Source: Eledone cirrhosa
Lineage: Eukaryota
Direction of reading: 5' to 3'
NCBI GenBank assembly: GCA_964016885.1
Contig: OZ024740.1
Location: 286,750,001 to 286,814,000, forward strand
DNA: 64,000 bases
Positions 14,475-27,462 of this stretch are shown in pieces. The first letter of the stretch is position 1; every line of letters begins with the position of its first letter. The notes under the pieces were generated by a model. It was given only the letters and a program-made list of their open reading frames with translations, did no database searches and was not told where the DNA came from. Made by a program: the position numbers and the translations under genes.

Positions 14475-14640
14475 TATATTTATAATGTAGTATCTATGAT
14501 ATAATGTTATATATCTATAATATAGTGTTAAATATCTATAATGTAATGTTATATATCTATGCTATAGTGTTATATATTTATAATCTAATGTTATATATCT
14601 ATAGTGTATTATAGATATACTATAGTGGATTTCTATAGAG
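14475..14640. repeat. AT-rich minisatellite, ~21-bp unit (ATATATCTATAATGTAATGTT)
   Basis: About 6 degenerate tandem copies are directly visible. Confidence 0.7.
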
Positions 14641-14799
14641 TATTATCATCATCATTTTTACTTTCGTTTTTCCATAATAGCATGGATTGGATTACATTTT
14701 TAATGCAGTATTTCTCACTAAGGATTTCTTATGGTGAACACACATCCTAAACATAACTAGTACTCCTTCTAACAGACTGGCCCTTCTCTTTAGAGCCAG

Positions 14800-15150
14800 A
14801 AAATACTTTACTGGAGTTGTGCTGCCATATATATCCTAGACTACATCCAGAAAAAGGACATTCATCTGATTTGCACAAAGTCACTGTTCCAGCTTTTGGC
14901 CTCCATTTCCACCACAATTATAATGGCATTTACTCCTTGGAACTGGCTCACTTCATGCCATCTTTACTCAGGCATTCCTGTTTCACTTGTTTTTCCCTTT
15001 CTCATCACCTATATTTTGTCCAAACCCCCAGACCCTGCACTATCTATTATACCCAGTCTTTGCCAGAACAGAGCCATTCTGGATTTCTTTCGTTGTAGGA
15101 GTCAACTTGCAACAAATTAACTTGAACATTGATAAATTCAATCACATCAA
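14800..15150 (+). mobile_element. Old LINE (CR1/Jockey-like) 3' fragment
   Basis: HNYNGIYSLELAHFMP resembles the YYNGxCSxELxxLxP C-terminal motif of such elements; highly decayed. Confidence 0.4.
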
Positions 15151-15630
15151 CCTTGTAAGGCCTGCAAAGGTCATAGATACAGCTCCTTCCACCAGACACA
15201 GCAAATTGTAATTTTTAGAAATCACACAACACATAACCACCCACTAACACACCAACACATGACAATGAGTGCTTGATCTGGTCAAATAGTTTTAGAAAGT
15301 TGCTTTTAATGTTATTAAAAATTGGTTATGTCATTTCTCATAGATGTAATATCTTAACTCTGCCAGATAGGTGTTTTATAGTAATAAACCTCATGACAGT
15401 TTTAAAATACTTACATTTTTGAAGTTGTTTTTGCAGACCAGTTGACACAATTTAATCTACATAAAAGTACAGTAAAAATGTAATTTTTATATATCTTAGC
15501 TTTGACTTTAATTGGTATTCAATTGAATTTCAAAAGATGTTTTTGACTTTTTAATTTTTATTTTAGAGAATGCCGCCCACACCAAATTATTTCTGCAATC
15601 TCGATGTTGTAAGCTTCCTATGCCCTAGAC

Positions 15631-15970
15631 CAGGGGTTCTCAACCTTTTTTTCGCTGTGGACCACCAAAATAAGTAATTTTCTCCTGTGGACCACCTAAA
15701 CTTTTAAATCTTTTGTAATAGAACTGCTACTTATAAGCATCAGTAGATGTTTTTTTTTTCAATGAATTAGAAAATGCTATTATCATGTCGCAGTGCCTAA
15801 AAATCTACGCAAATAAACAGCTGAAGTCGTACTTATGCGAAGAATAAGAACAGCGCATTAAGTCAAATGCATGGATCAAAAAAGAATTTGCTATTGAAAA
15901 TTTTCTGTGGACCATCAGAATTTTCCTGTGGACCACTAGTGGTCCACATGGACCAGGTTGAGAACCCCTG
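15631..15970. mobile_element. Non-autonomous hAT (Charlie-like) MITE, 340 bp
   Basis: Perfect 15-bp TIRs CAGGGGTTCTCAACC / GGTTGAGAACCCCTG. 8-bp TSD CCCTAGAC / CCTTAGAC. Subterminal GTGGACCA repeats. Confidence 0.9.
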
Positions 15971-17038
15971 CCTTAGACGTAAGGGAATAAATCTTAAATA
16001 ATATAGAAGTCTTGTTACTCGAATCGGTTTAAAGTTGATAAAACTTCACTAAGTCTATACCTTAAATAAAATAAATGAATTAGAAATAGACGATGAAACA
16101 CCAATATATTCACCCACAATACAATCATAATTCTATAAGACACTGTTAATGAAATAGACGAAAGTGAAAATGTAAACTTCGCACAATTATATAAGAAGCA
16201 ATTATATAAGAAGCTGTTTTATCAGATCATAATTATTTGTGTTTGTGTTCAGGCACGCATATAGCTCTCACTCTTTACCTGCCATTCGTGTTAAAATGTA
16301 TGCTCATTCTTCAACCAATATGTTAATTCTCTCTTGACCGTTCTTTTGCACTCTTTCTCTCTTTAATGTATGTATGTTAAAGATTTGACTGTCTTAGTTT
16401 AAATTGTAATATTTTTCAAATTTGTCTTTTAATGTAATATTAATAAGATGTTCCAATCGTGACCATCACGTTTTTTGATAATTGCGACTACACAGAACAT
16501 GAGTTGGATTTGATGTTAAGGATATATGCTTGCTAATTTCAGCAAGTCTAACAATAACGTAGGTGCTTTGTTGTTGATACGTAATATTTATTTTGCTGAC
16601 TACTGCTTTTGATATTCTATGGGATAGATACAATTGAAGGAGAAAATTAATATAATTGAAGGTGTTTGTCAATGTTCTAAATTATTGTTGGGACTTTTAC
16701 TCATGACACCGGTGTCATTTAGCGGAGGAGAAAATTATCAACGCCTTCACTTTCTTATCTGTGTTATCTTGATTAATTTAATTATCTCATGTTAAAGTTA
16801 ATGTTTGTGGATAACTTAGGGTGACGTATGTTTGAGGGTTGGTGTTACATCACTTTCATGATTAATTTTCGCCACAAATTATGTAACATTGCGAAAGGCA
16901 ACGGCAAACACTCTAGTTGTAAGGAGAAAATATATCTACACTGCATAATTTCCACACATGTAAACAGTTCCATGATGTCCAATACAAGAAACTGAACAAA
17001 GACATTTCTGGGTTTTTAAGAATTCGTTGAGAATTAAT

Positions 17039-17851
17039 ATGGAGAATATTAATCACTTGGACACTTCTAACACAGCTGTTACACAGACATACAGTAATAA
17101 TAGACCGTTAACTAATGAGACATTTACTAAACAAGGATTGTTATGTACAAATATTAGTGAATATCGTTGTGAGATTTGTGGAGGAATATTCTCTTCAGAT
17201 CATGAAATCTTCACACACAAAGAAATACACAAGAGGGAAAATCTCTATCACTGTGAAATATGTGAGAGAACATTTATTTGTAACAGTAAATTAATAACAC
17301 ACAAAAGAATACACACTGGAGAAAAGCCTTTTCATTGTGAAATATGTCAGAAATCATTCTCTTTAAATGCTAATCTTGTTATCCACATACGTAGTCACAC
17401 TGGAGAAAAACCATTCCACTGTGAAATATGTGAGAAATCTTTTATTACTAACAGTCTCTTGAAAAGACACAAACTAATACACACTGGAGAAAACCCGTTT
17501 CTCTGTGAAATATGCGGGAAATCATTCTCTGTTAATTCACATCTTGTAGTTCACAAACGTAGTCATACTGGAGAAAAACCCTATCCTTGTGAAATATGCG
17601 GTAAATCATTTGTTGATAAAAGTAATTTAACACGACACAAAATAATACACACTGGAGAGAAACCTTATCATTGTGAAATATGTGAGAAATCATTCTCTGA
17701 TAATTCTAATCTTGTAGTTCATAAACGTAGACACACTGGAGAAAAACCTTATCCTTGTGAAATATGTGATAAATCATTTATCACTAACAGTCACTTGAAA
17801 AAGCACAAACAACTACATACAGGAGGGAAGCATTTTAACTATGAAATGTGA
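17039..17851 (+). CDS. C2H2 zinc-finger protein, 8 fingers, single coding exon (270 aa)
   Basis: Intact ORF from ATG 17039 with CEICxKSF...HxxxH-TGEKP repeats. A putative acceptor TTTTAAG lies 18 nt upstream and is shared with the paralogue. No KRAB, BTB or SCAN domain is visible. Confidence 0.88.
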   Translation: MENINHLDTSNTAVTQTYSNNRPLTNETFTKQGLLCTNISEYRCEICGGIFSSDHEIFTHKEIHKRENLYHCEICERTFICNSKLITHKRIHTGEKPFHCEICQKSFSLNANLVIHIRSHTGEKPFHCEICEKSFITNSLLKRHKLIHTGENPFLCEICGKSFSVNSHLVVHKRSHTGEKPYPCEICGKSFVDKSNLTRHKIIHTGEKPYHCEICEKSFSDNSNLVVHKRRHTGEKPYPCEICDKSFITNSHLKKHKQLHTGGKHFNYEM

Positions 17852-20800
17852 GAAATTCACTTGAAAATTTAACGATCCCTAAAATGTTTGGAAAAAACCT
17901 TATTTGTGCATTATAAACTTGTAGTTGAGAAATAAATACACTGGATGAAACACTATATTGCGAAATATGTTATTATTTAATGTGAAGTAACTCTATCCTT
18001 ATAATCTACATACAGATGAATACAAACTTGAAAGAAAAATTTGGAAATCATTCTCTAAGTTCTAGTCATGTAATACACAAATTCAACCTGGATAAAAAAC
18101 GTATTCACTGTTATTTGTAAGATTTGTGGAGAATTATTCCCACCTAATATCTGATAAATTTTAAATTAGGATCTTATAATTATGTGTTCGATGGTATTTT
18201 CTGGACACTCCAAAACTATCTTTTTTTTAAATTGATTCACCACTGAAATCACTATAACAATACTAGTGGACGTGTGACATGAATAATAATGGCAATAGAG
18301 TTGAATGCATATCATTTTTAATGCCCAGGATAGGTATGCCATATATACTAGAATTACCAAATATATGAGCAATCATACAAACTAGGAAATTTGTGTTTTG
18401 ATAAATTAATCGTTTGCATAAGAGAAATCACAGTTTATGTTGATTATTGAGATGTTGAAGCAATTTAAAATAAGAATGATATTTTAATAATTTATTTCTA
18501 TAATATAATTACATAAATGTTCAGCATATATTTACAAATAACATACCAGGTTAAAGGTATGAGTAACTTTAAAGAAATAACTTTTTACAGAAACAAATGT
18601 ATGGTTAAAACTGAAGACCTTGTAATTGGAAAACAAACTTATTGTAGCAACATGACTGAGATAGGAAATGCATTGTAAGCTTGTGTGTGCGAATTTTTAA
18701 GAGTTACAGGCATATGTAGAGATAGATATAAATGAATATACAAACATTCATGACATATCATGGTTGATGTTATTCAATAAAATTCTCTCCATACATAACT
18801 TATATAAACCTAAAGATATTGGCACCCTTGAGATTGTTGGAATATTCCAGTGACTTGGTTTTACTGACAATGGTCATATTAATTGATTAGGTAGGCAGAT
18901 GCTCTGATATTTCCAATCATTTACTGGTTTATGATGACATCCATGTTTGAATGGCAGTTACCTAGCAATACACGCTTTTGTTAATTTTTTGCTGTTGTCA
19001 AAATCAAATCTACAAGTGCCATTGCTGATTATTTTGAATAAATATTGTCACAACTACAGTATCACAGGCAAATATATCTGAGAGAGAGAGTGACTATTAT
19101 CTTTAAAGCATATAAAGACACCAATCCCTTGTTATCCCCAAAATATCATAATCAGTGAATTACATCAAAATTGTACTTTGATGAAGACCTACAAGTAGCT
19201 GATCTAGCCCTTTTTTATAATCATACACAGCATCTCAAGTTCTTGTAAGTTTTTTGAATGATTATATCCCACTTTAATGACACTTGGTATGAAATGAGAC
19301 TTGTCCTGAGAGTGAGCCTGTGGATTCTACCAAAGTTAATGTAACTGATTGTGAGCAGTACCAAGTATTTATGACTCATTATAATATACAAAGTAGTGAA
19401 ACTTTGCCCTACAAACGACCTTTGAGGTCACATCATGTATATGGGTCCAGAATATTTGATAGTCTTCATTCCATAGTAACTCCTTTTTAGTTGTTACATT
19501 CCTACAGATGTCCAATTAACTACATTATTCTTCCATTCTTCTGGAATTATTTCATTCTCACAGACCAGTTTCAAATGTTACACATCTATCATATGGATAC
19601 TTTCTCTAAAGCCTCACTATCAGATGAGTGTGTTCAAAAATCATCATAATAAACCTCTCATCATTAAATTCTAACACTGAATGAAAGTTCATAAACAGTA
19701 TATACATCTTCCTTAGATTTTTAGGATTTTATTGCATGTAGTGATGTGGTTTTCTTGAGCGCATTGGTGTCTCATAAACTCCTCCATGATCATCTGTGCT
19801 AAGAAAGAGAAAAAGAAAGAGTGGAGTAATGGTCACATTTTAACTTTGTAATCATCATCATTATTTTATGTCAACTTTGCATTATGGCATGGGTGGGAAG
19901 GCATATCATGATCCAAGTCAGTTCTTATGGTAGACAAACTGTGATAGAAGGAATAATATAGGAGAAACACTAGCAGGCTAAGTAATAAAATAGATATAGT
20001 TTTGGAGGGAATAAGCCATTTTAATAAAATAATTGAATATGTGATAAAGTAGGTTTCAATTGTTTGGGAAGTTGATATTAAAAGTAAGAAAACTATTTGG
20101 CAATGAGAATTTGATAGATATTTCTAGAGTGAGTTTCTCTAACATCTAAGATGTATGTCTTTTGTTGATTGTAATTCTTTTTAGTGTGAGATGAGTATGA
20201 GATGATTTTCTTTAGTGTTATTTGTGAAAGGCTATTGATATATTTAATTTTGTGTTATTTTCATCAGTTATTGAAATCAGAGGAATCATAATGTGTAGAT
20301 ATATTTTGTTGGTATGTGATTAAGTCCCTGGAGCTGTGATAGAATGTATTTATGATGCCATTTACATAGAATATTTCATGTCCATTGTGTAAAGGAATAA
20401 AGAGATCAAGTACATATTTTCATTACATCTATTAGAATATGAAATTCAGAGAAGCCACCTATATAAAAGTATGATGCCACATTTAATACACAGAATATTT
20501 TAAAAGTATCTAGAAATATATATATGCTATGAGAAAAAAAAAACTTTGCTCAATGGCTAATAATAATTTCATTTTTACGGCACCTAGTCCACCTTGTTAG
20601 ATGGTCGTGCTGGTACCATGATACAACATACCTAGTCAACACTAATATGATTGGCATTAGGAAGGTCATCTAGCTGTAGAAACCAAGCCAAAAGAGCAGA
20701 TCTGCATAACCAAGACACTGTCACCTGATATGACTGGTCTCATAATGTGACAACCCATCTAACCCATGCAAGCCTGGAAAATAAATGTTAAACAGTGATG

Positions 20801-21211
20801 AGGATATGGAAAACTGTGAACATGTTTTAGTCTTCTTCTGGTCTCCTCATATTTACTGAAGTAGTGACGGATGAATCATTAATATACAAGATTGTACATT
20901 TAGTGGCTGTGTAAGTAGAATTCTCTAAGGATTCAAAAATTGAGAGACATCAACTACATGTAAAAAGAATAGGTAAAATACGCTTAATACATAAAGCTTT
21001 CATCCAAACTAAAAAGGGAGCCTCTATCTGGTTGTGCAACCTGCTGGAAATATCAGCAAAATCTCTCAAATTACACCCTACCACCCTAAAACGAAAGAAG
21101 ACGTGTATCTATAATATTTAGCTTTCTTATATTAGTGGTCTGCTGAATTGAAAGAGGCTAATATGGAAGACAGTGTTGTTTACTCTTCCTCAGAATTGAT
21201 TTTTGGTGGTT

Positions 21212-21385
21212 TGGCAGTATCGGTAGAGCATTGGATGCCATGCTTTGCAGCATAGAGTTATGACCCTTTACGGTCTGAGTTCAAATCCCACCGAAATCAA
21301 CTTTGCCTTTCATCCTTACGGGGTTGATAAAATAAAGCACCAGTAATGCACTGGGGTTAATTGTGCCAAAAGTAGAAACAATTAT
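21212..21385 (+). mobile_element. tRNA-derived SINE
   Basis: A-box-like TGGCAGTATCGGTAGAG, B-box-like GAGTTCAAATCCC and core CTTTGCCTTTCATCCTTACGGGGTTGATAA. Closely similar copy at 58953-59133. Confidence 0.8.
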
Positions 21386-21667
21386 TGTTTATTAAGTTTT
21401 GTTTAATTGCTGATGCCTTTGAAACCTTTTTTTGTTGGGATACTTAGACTGACAAATCTTCCAGTGTCATTTCTTCTGACATTTCCTGCATAGTGAATCT
21501 TTAACCACTGGATACTTTATTTAGGAGTGTACTTTCCTGCCACACCAACAGCTTGAAGATGTAGCAAAAACTGGTCTTGGCTGTGGAGATTAGCATTAGT
21601 TAGATTTTTTTGTGTCTTCTGTAGCTAGTTCTATTCTAAATGCTGGCTTAAAAGAGAGCCTCTAGAT

Positions 21668-21972
21668 CAGAGGTGTGCAAAATATTCCATTGGCAGGCCA
21701 CTTTTGAACATTGGAACAACTATTAGGGCCATTAATATTTATTAAGCACTATTCCAAAGATTCACCACAACTTCTTTCCATAACATGGAACTGGGAAATT
21801 ATAACACACACAACCCTATCAGTGAAGCCCTTTAGTATAGGTCAACTAACAGAAAATTGTATTACGGTTACAAAAAAAATTCTAAATAAACCTACAAGGT
21901 AAAAATTAAAAACGGTCATCTCGGGCCACTCTGACTGGTCTGGTGAGCCGGATTGTCTGCTGCACACGCCTG
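21668..21972. mobile_element. Non-autonomous hAT (Charlie-like) element
   Basis: Perfect 8-bp TSD CTCTAGAT on both sides; imperfect TIRs CAGAGGTGTGCA / TGCACACGCCTG. Confidence 0.85.
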
Positions 21973-22394
21973 CTCTAGATTAACATTTGCAGACTCCAGT
22001 AGTCTTTGCTTTATAGCTGAAGACAGTATTCCTGCAACAAATATATCAACAATCAGTTGTCCTCTATATTCCTCAGCAGAACTAGTTTAAACTGAATACT
22101 TTTTTGTTAGAGAACAAAAGGTTGACAAAGATCTTGATAGATTTTCATTTTGTTATCTATGTGTATGCAGCTTATGTCTCATCATAATACTTGACTCTCT
22201 TATAAGAAATAAGATGGCATTTTCAAAAAAATGTCCAAAGATTTTCATGCCACATAAAACCATTAGCACTTCAAGCTGGGAATCACCTAGAATGTCAAAT
22301 TTTAAGATATGTCATCTTTTTCTCTCTCTATATATATATATTACTACTGCTGCTAACCACAAAAGATTTTTCCCTCAAAATGGAGGGCAGATTG

Positions 22395-22790
22395 TATGAT
22401 GTATGTATATGAGCAACAATGTTGCATGACAGTGAGACCTGGGTGTTGTGTGCAGAAGATTGGAAAGAAATGAACCTACCATGCTTTGATGAATGTGTAA
22501 TAGTAATATACATGAACGGCAAAACATAAATGAACTATGAAAAAAACTGGGCATAAGAAGAATCACATGCAGTATGCAAGAGAAGAGATGCATATGAAGG
22601 ATGACAGCTGTATAAAAAGGTGCAGGGTGTTCAAGGTTGATGGAAGCTATGGTGTAGGAACACTTGGGATGAGGTGATCAAATCTGACCTTGCACAATTG
22701 CACCTCTCAAAGGCAATGTCACAGGATCAAGATCTTTGTCATTATGCAGTAATATAGAACACCCGCCTTCCCATGTACACAGGTTGAAGC
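22395..22790 (+). mobile_element. RTE LINE 3' fragment
   Basis: Similar to the 3' ends of the other RTE copies (MLHDSETW-like, LERNE..ML). Confidence 0.65.
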
Positions 22791-25700
22791 ATACATCTTG
22801 TATGCACTACCTTCCTTCTCTCTCCCTTCCATACACCTTTACATCCTAACACTCAAACACTCTGCCCTCTCACGTGCCCCTAGATTTACCTCCCTTGTCC
22901 TCCCACCCATTCTGTAAACTGGTCATGATAGCAACACCCAGCCCATACTGTAAAGTGGTCATGTAGGTGACATGACAAAAGTGCCCTGCCCACACTGTAA
23001 AGTGGTCGTGTAGGTGTCACGACACAAAGCACCCAGCACACTGTGAATGTAGTTGGTGTTAGGAAGAGCATCCAGCCATAGAAACCAAGCTAGAAACAGT
23101 TCTGTATGAGCAAGACATAATCATCAAACTTGGCTTGTCTCACAACGGGGCAACTCGTCTAACCCATGCTAACGTGGAAAAATGGACTTTAAACGTTCAT
23201 GGTGATTATATATATATATATATATAAAGGTATAGTACCAGGAGAAACAAAAATGATGAGGTAAGCAGTAATGGTTAGGAATAAATTTATTTAGAGTTTG
23301 TTCCTTAACACATGTTTCTGTACACTAATCAGTCTATGAGAGCTAACTGCATAGTCCTATACTCAATCGCAAGCATTATGTAAAATATTGCACTTCTATA
23401 CTTCATCAGAAAGAGTAGAATGTTCATAGTTCAAGGTGAGGTCGCATTTTGCAATAAGAATTTCTTACTCCTATTTATTTGGACCTACAGTCAACTGGCA
23501 CACATATAGAGATGTAGCAGAATTGGTAGGCAAGGAGTGATGGGAGGTGAAAATTGGACTATATATATATACTCCTTTTCATGTCCCTCAAGAGTAATTT
23601 TCTTAAAAGTTTAACATCAATCTCTGGTTTTTGTGTTGTCATTAAAATTGAATAAAATTGTAGGCATATAATATGGAGTTTTTATTCAATCTAAAGAGAA
23701 GGAAAATAAATTAGTCAAATGCAGAACTAAAGATTAAAGATATATCAGAAGAGTTGGTTTATTGTAAATATAAGTGAAAACCTCTTATAACTAAGTGTAA
23801 TATTCTATGATCTGCAACAGTAGCAGCAATGCCATGTGAACAGAAATGCAAAATGAGAGAGCCTCTTTCTTCATGGAGATTTAATATGATTAGTCATGTG
23901 TCTATGAGCTTGTGCCGAACTCATGATTTCTTGCCTTTCTGCTCATGTTATGTAAACATAACCCCCACATGTGTCTGGGAGTTTTTCATGTTTCAACATT
24001 TTGAATAAAAGACTACCAAATGTTGTAAAAATATTTTTATCAACATAATCAAATTATTATGAACTAAAATTAAGCAGTTTAGAAAATGTATGTGATTTAC
24101 AAAATCAATACAAATTAATCAGAAAAAAAAGGATAGAGAAAACAAACACTTCCTGAATGATACACTTTCACAAGGATTGCTGGTATTGTCCTTGACAAAT
24201 GTTTAAGGCAATCCAAAACATTCAGGGCATTATAGCCAGTGATAGCAAAGCTGAGGCACTGAAATGGCCAAGTACACCTATGAACATTATCTAACATTTG
24301 ACAACAGACCATTGAAGTGTTGATGTGGCAATCTCCTTCAATGTAGTTGTATCTGAAACTTCTAAATCATTTTATTCTCTAATCTAAATCTAATTATCAA
24401 GCAGACCCTAGCTTCAGTCAATATCTGCTCAGTTCTAGAGTCAACTGGATTGCCCAGGGTTGATGGGAAGAGGCCAAATGGTCTTACCCTTTGCCCTTGA
24501 GAAAGAGGTAAATATCTCATTTGGGATGCCAGTCAGCAACTCTTGTGCTTCTCACATCATGAATGTTATAGTCAGAGACATAACTAGGGAAGATAGTGCT
24601 AATGGTAAGCAATGAAATTACATTCCTGCCCAATTGGCCTAATGATTTATATAAATGGTTTAATGATCCATCCACCATAATGATTCTCACCCATGATAGT
24701 CAAAGACATCATACATCTGAAGAAGTTTCTCTTTTCACTCTCCGATGATGATCATCATCATCATCCAGCGGCATCAGCCGAAATCGACTCAACAATTGAT
24801 TTCCATGTGGGTCTGTTGTTCATTGCCATAGCCAAGTCCTGGATTTCAACACCAGAACCTCTGGATATGACAGGAGAGCTTGCGTCCCCTGTTATTGGTG
24901 ACTAATGAGGACACAGCCTCATAGGTGGCACAATGGCAGTGGCCAGCAAATTTTACTCTCTTTTTACGTACAGCAACAGACATGGATGGGAGGCCGGCAT
25001 ATATCTCTCTTAAAGTCACATATCGCCAGCTTATATTCTGAATGCGTTGAAGCAGGCGAGTGTAAGTGCCATCAATGTGCTTTTGTTGTTTGGATGAAAG
25101 CGTCCATGTTTCACTCCCATATGGAGATTGGTTGAATAGAAAGTATTCCTAATCCAAGTGACACCCATGACACATGCCATACCCTAGTTACGCCTCTAGC
25201 TGTGCTAAAGGTGAGGGTCACTGCATCCATAGCCAAACGGAATAAAATTCTAAAATACCAGGAATAATCAGCTAACACATTTGCAGTATTGCACAAGTGA
25301 TTGCAAGGCCAAGGCACTTGAATAAGCAAGCAACCTTGCTGGGTGGCATCCCCTGATATTTTGGTAAGTTGAGCCACCATCGATGACAAGAACTTCATTA
25401 TCAGTGGACTAGCTCCTCCAAATGTCACAAATGTTTTGTCTAGTACTCCTTGCTCTTCCTCTCATTTATGACATTTATAGTCCTTTCCAATACTGCTTTC
25501 TTTTTCTATATGTTTAACCAATTCATAGTTCCAATCTATATAGCTTATTGCATAAATCGAATAATTTATCAGCAAACTATTCTTTCCAGCCTGTGATGTT
25601 TGGAGGAGCTAGTTCACTGACAACAAAGTTCTTGTCATCGTTGGCGGCTCACCTTACCAAAATATCGGGGGATGCCAGCAAGGGTGCTTGGTTATTGTAG

Positions 25701-26389
25701 CGCCTTCGAGTGTGTTGGCTTTTTTTTTTATGCTGTATATAGCTGCATAATCCCATTGATTATATAAAGTGTGATGAATATGATACAGCTTTATACAAAA
25801 CAGTTTCTTGTTATTTATGATAGAGAGTCGAAATCAAGGAATCCCTAACAAAGCATAAAAGCATGAAATTAATACAGTATAGGACCTGTAACTTAATGGT
25901 TTTGCCAGAGAAGACTAACACCATTTTGGATTCTTTTTCTTCTGTTTTTTTTTTATTATTAAAAGCTACTATTATATCTTTCAGAAAATCCCAGTCTCAT
26001 ATAAATACTAGATGGATTGTTTTTTCTACGTTGTTTTGAAGAGAATCATGCTTTTCATATTATTTATATATTTCTTTTATATATCTACACTCATCAACAT
26101 ACAGATATATTAGTAATCTTACATTTTGAAATCAATGTCCGATAATTTCCACAAGTAAAAGTGACTACACTCAGCCAGGATTATTAATCATCTCCTGATT
26201 TAACTCTACAAATTAAAGTCCGAATGCTCCATTATAAAAAATATTATCAAAGGAAATGAAATCTAAAACCAAAATTATTAAAATATAAATTTAATACAAA
26301 AGAAAATGGGTAAAAATTACATTAAATGACAGTGGAGACTGACACATTTTTAAAATTGTATTTCATTTAAGACCAGTACTTGTCCTAGG

Positions 26390-27462
26390 CAATTGTTATT
26401 ACCGAAACTTCTATATAGGCTCAGGCTTAGCCCATCTCACAGATTTTCGTCATGTCTCCTATGCTTTGATGACCTAATCTTCAAGAGACTCAAGTGCTTG
26501 GTCAATATCAGACTCTCTCCAGAGTCCCATGGTCAGGCTGCGTTGCCCAGGCGATTCGGAGGCCTTGGTCTACATAAATGCTCGTCCCTCTCTCTTCCTT
26601 GCTTCCTCTCTGGCGAGCACATCCTCTCTTTTCCAGGGAGATGGATGAAGCTCTTCTACAATGGATAGAGTTGGATTTGTCTGTTCCTGACAAGGTGGAG
26701 GAGAAACAGAGACAGAAAGTTTGGGACAACATACATTCGAAGGCCACCTTTGACTCTTTCTCTTCGACCAGTCAGATCAGTTCTCAAGGTGCCACCTACT
26801 GTCTGCTAGCATCAAATACTCAGATGGCTGGGTTGATGCCCTACCCATGGCTAACACTGGTGGCCTACTCAGCTTGGACGAGCTTCGTGTCTCCATTGCC
26901 CTCAGAGTGGGAGCCGACGTCTGTACGGGTCTGAAATGTCAATGTGGCAAGATTCTCAACTCCACAGGCATCCACGGTCTATCTTGTTGCCTGAATGCCG
27001 GTTGTTTTGCGCGTCACGCAGAGCTAAACCTCACCATCAAGAGAGTTTTGGCCCTGGGTTGTCCAGAATTGATTGGAAAAGACCCGACTGCCGTATCTTG
27101 TGCTCCTGGATCAGAGGCAGATGTCTTATCTGGGATGTTACAGTTAGTGACTCTTTTGCTTCTTCCCACATCCTGGATGCGTTTGGGGAAGTCGTGTTGC
27201 TAACTACGAGGTTCTTGCCTTCACTGGCGGATCGCCTAAATGGTAACGCGAGCGGGATGGCCTGCCTCAAAAATTATTAGAGAGGTTTTCCTCGCGATTT
27301 TATTATCTTTTGCTCTGGCTGCGGTTCGTTTGTCCACTCCTTTCGCCTGCCTTTTGTTGTGGGTGGTCCTAGATGTGTGTATTACCTGTTTGTGTGTATT
27401 TTTCTCTTTTTTTTCCTATCCCTTTTCCTTTTTACTTGTGATATTATGTTGACAAAATAAAA
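26390..27462 (+). mobile_element. CRE-clade (RLE-type) non-LTR retrotransposon 3' fragment
   Basis: Motifs QAALPRRFGGLGL, LRVSIALRVG, CQCG...HGLSC, RHAELN, RPD...WDVTV and NGNA. AATAAA at ~27457; frameshifted. Confidence 0.75.
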
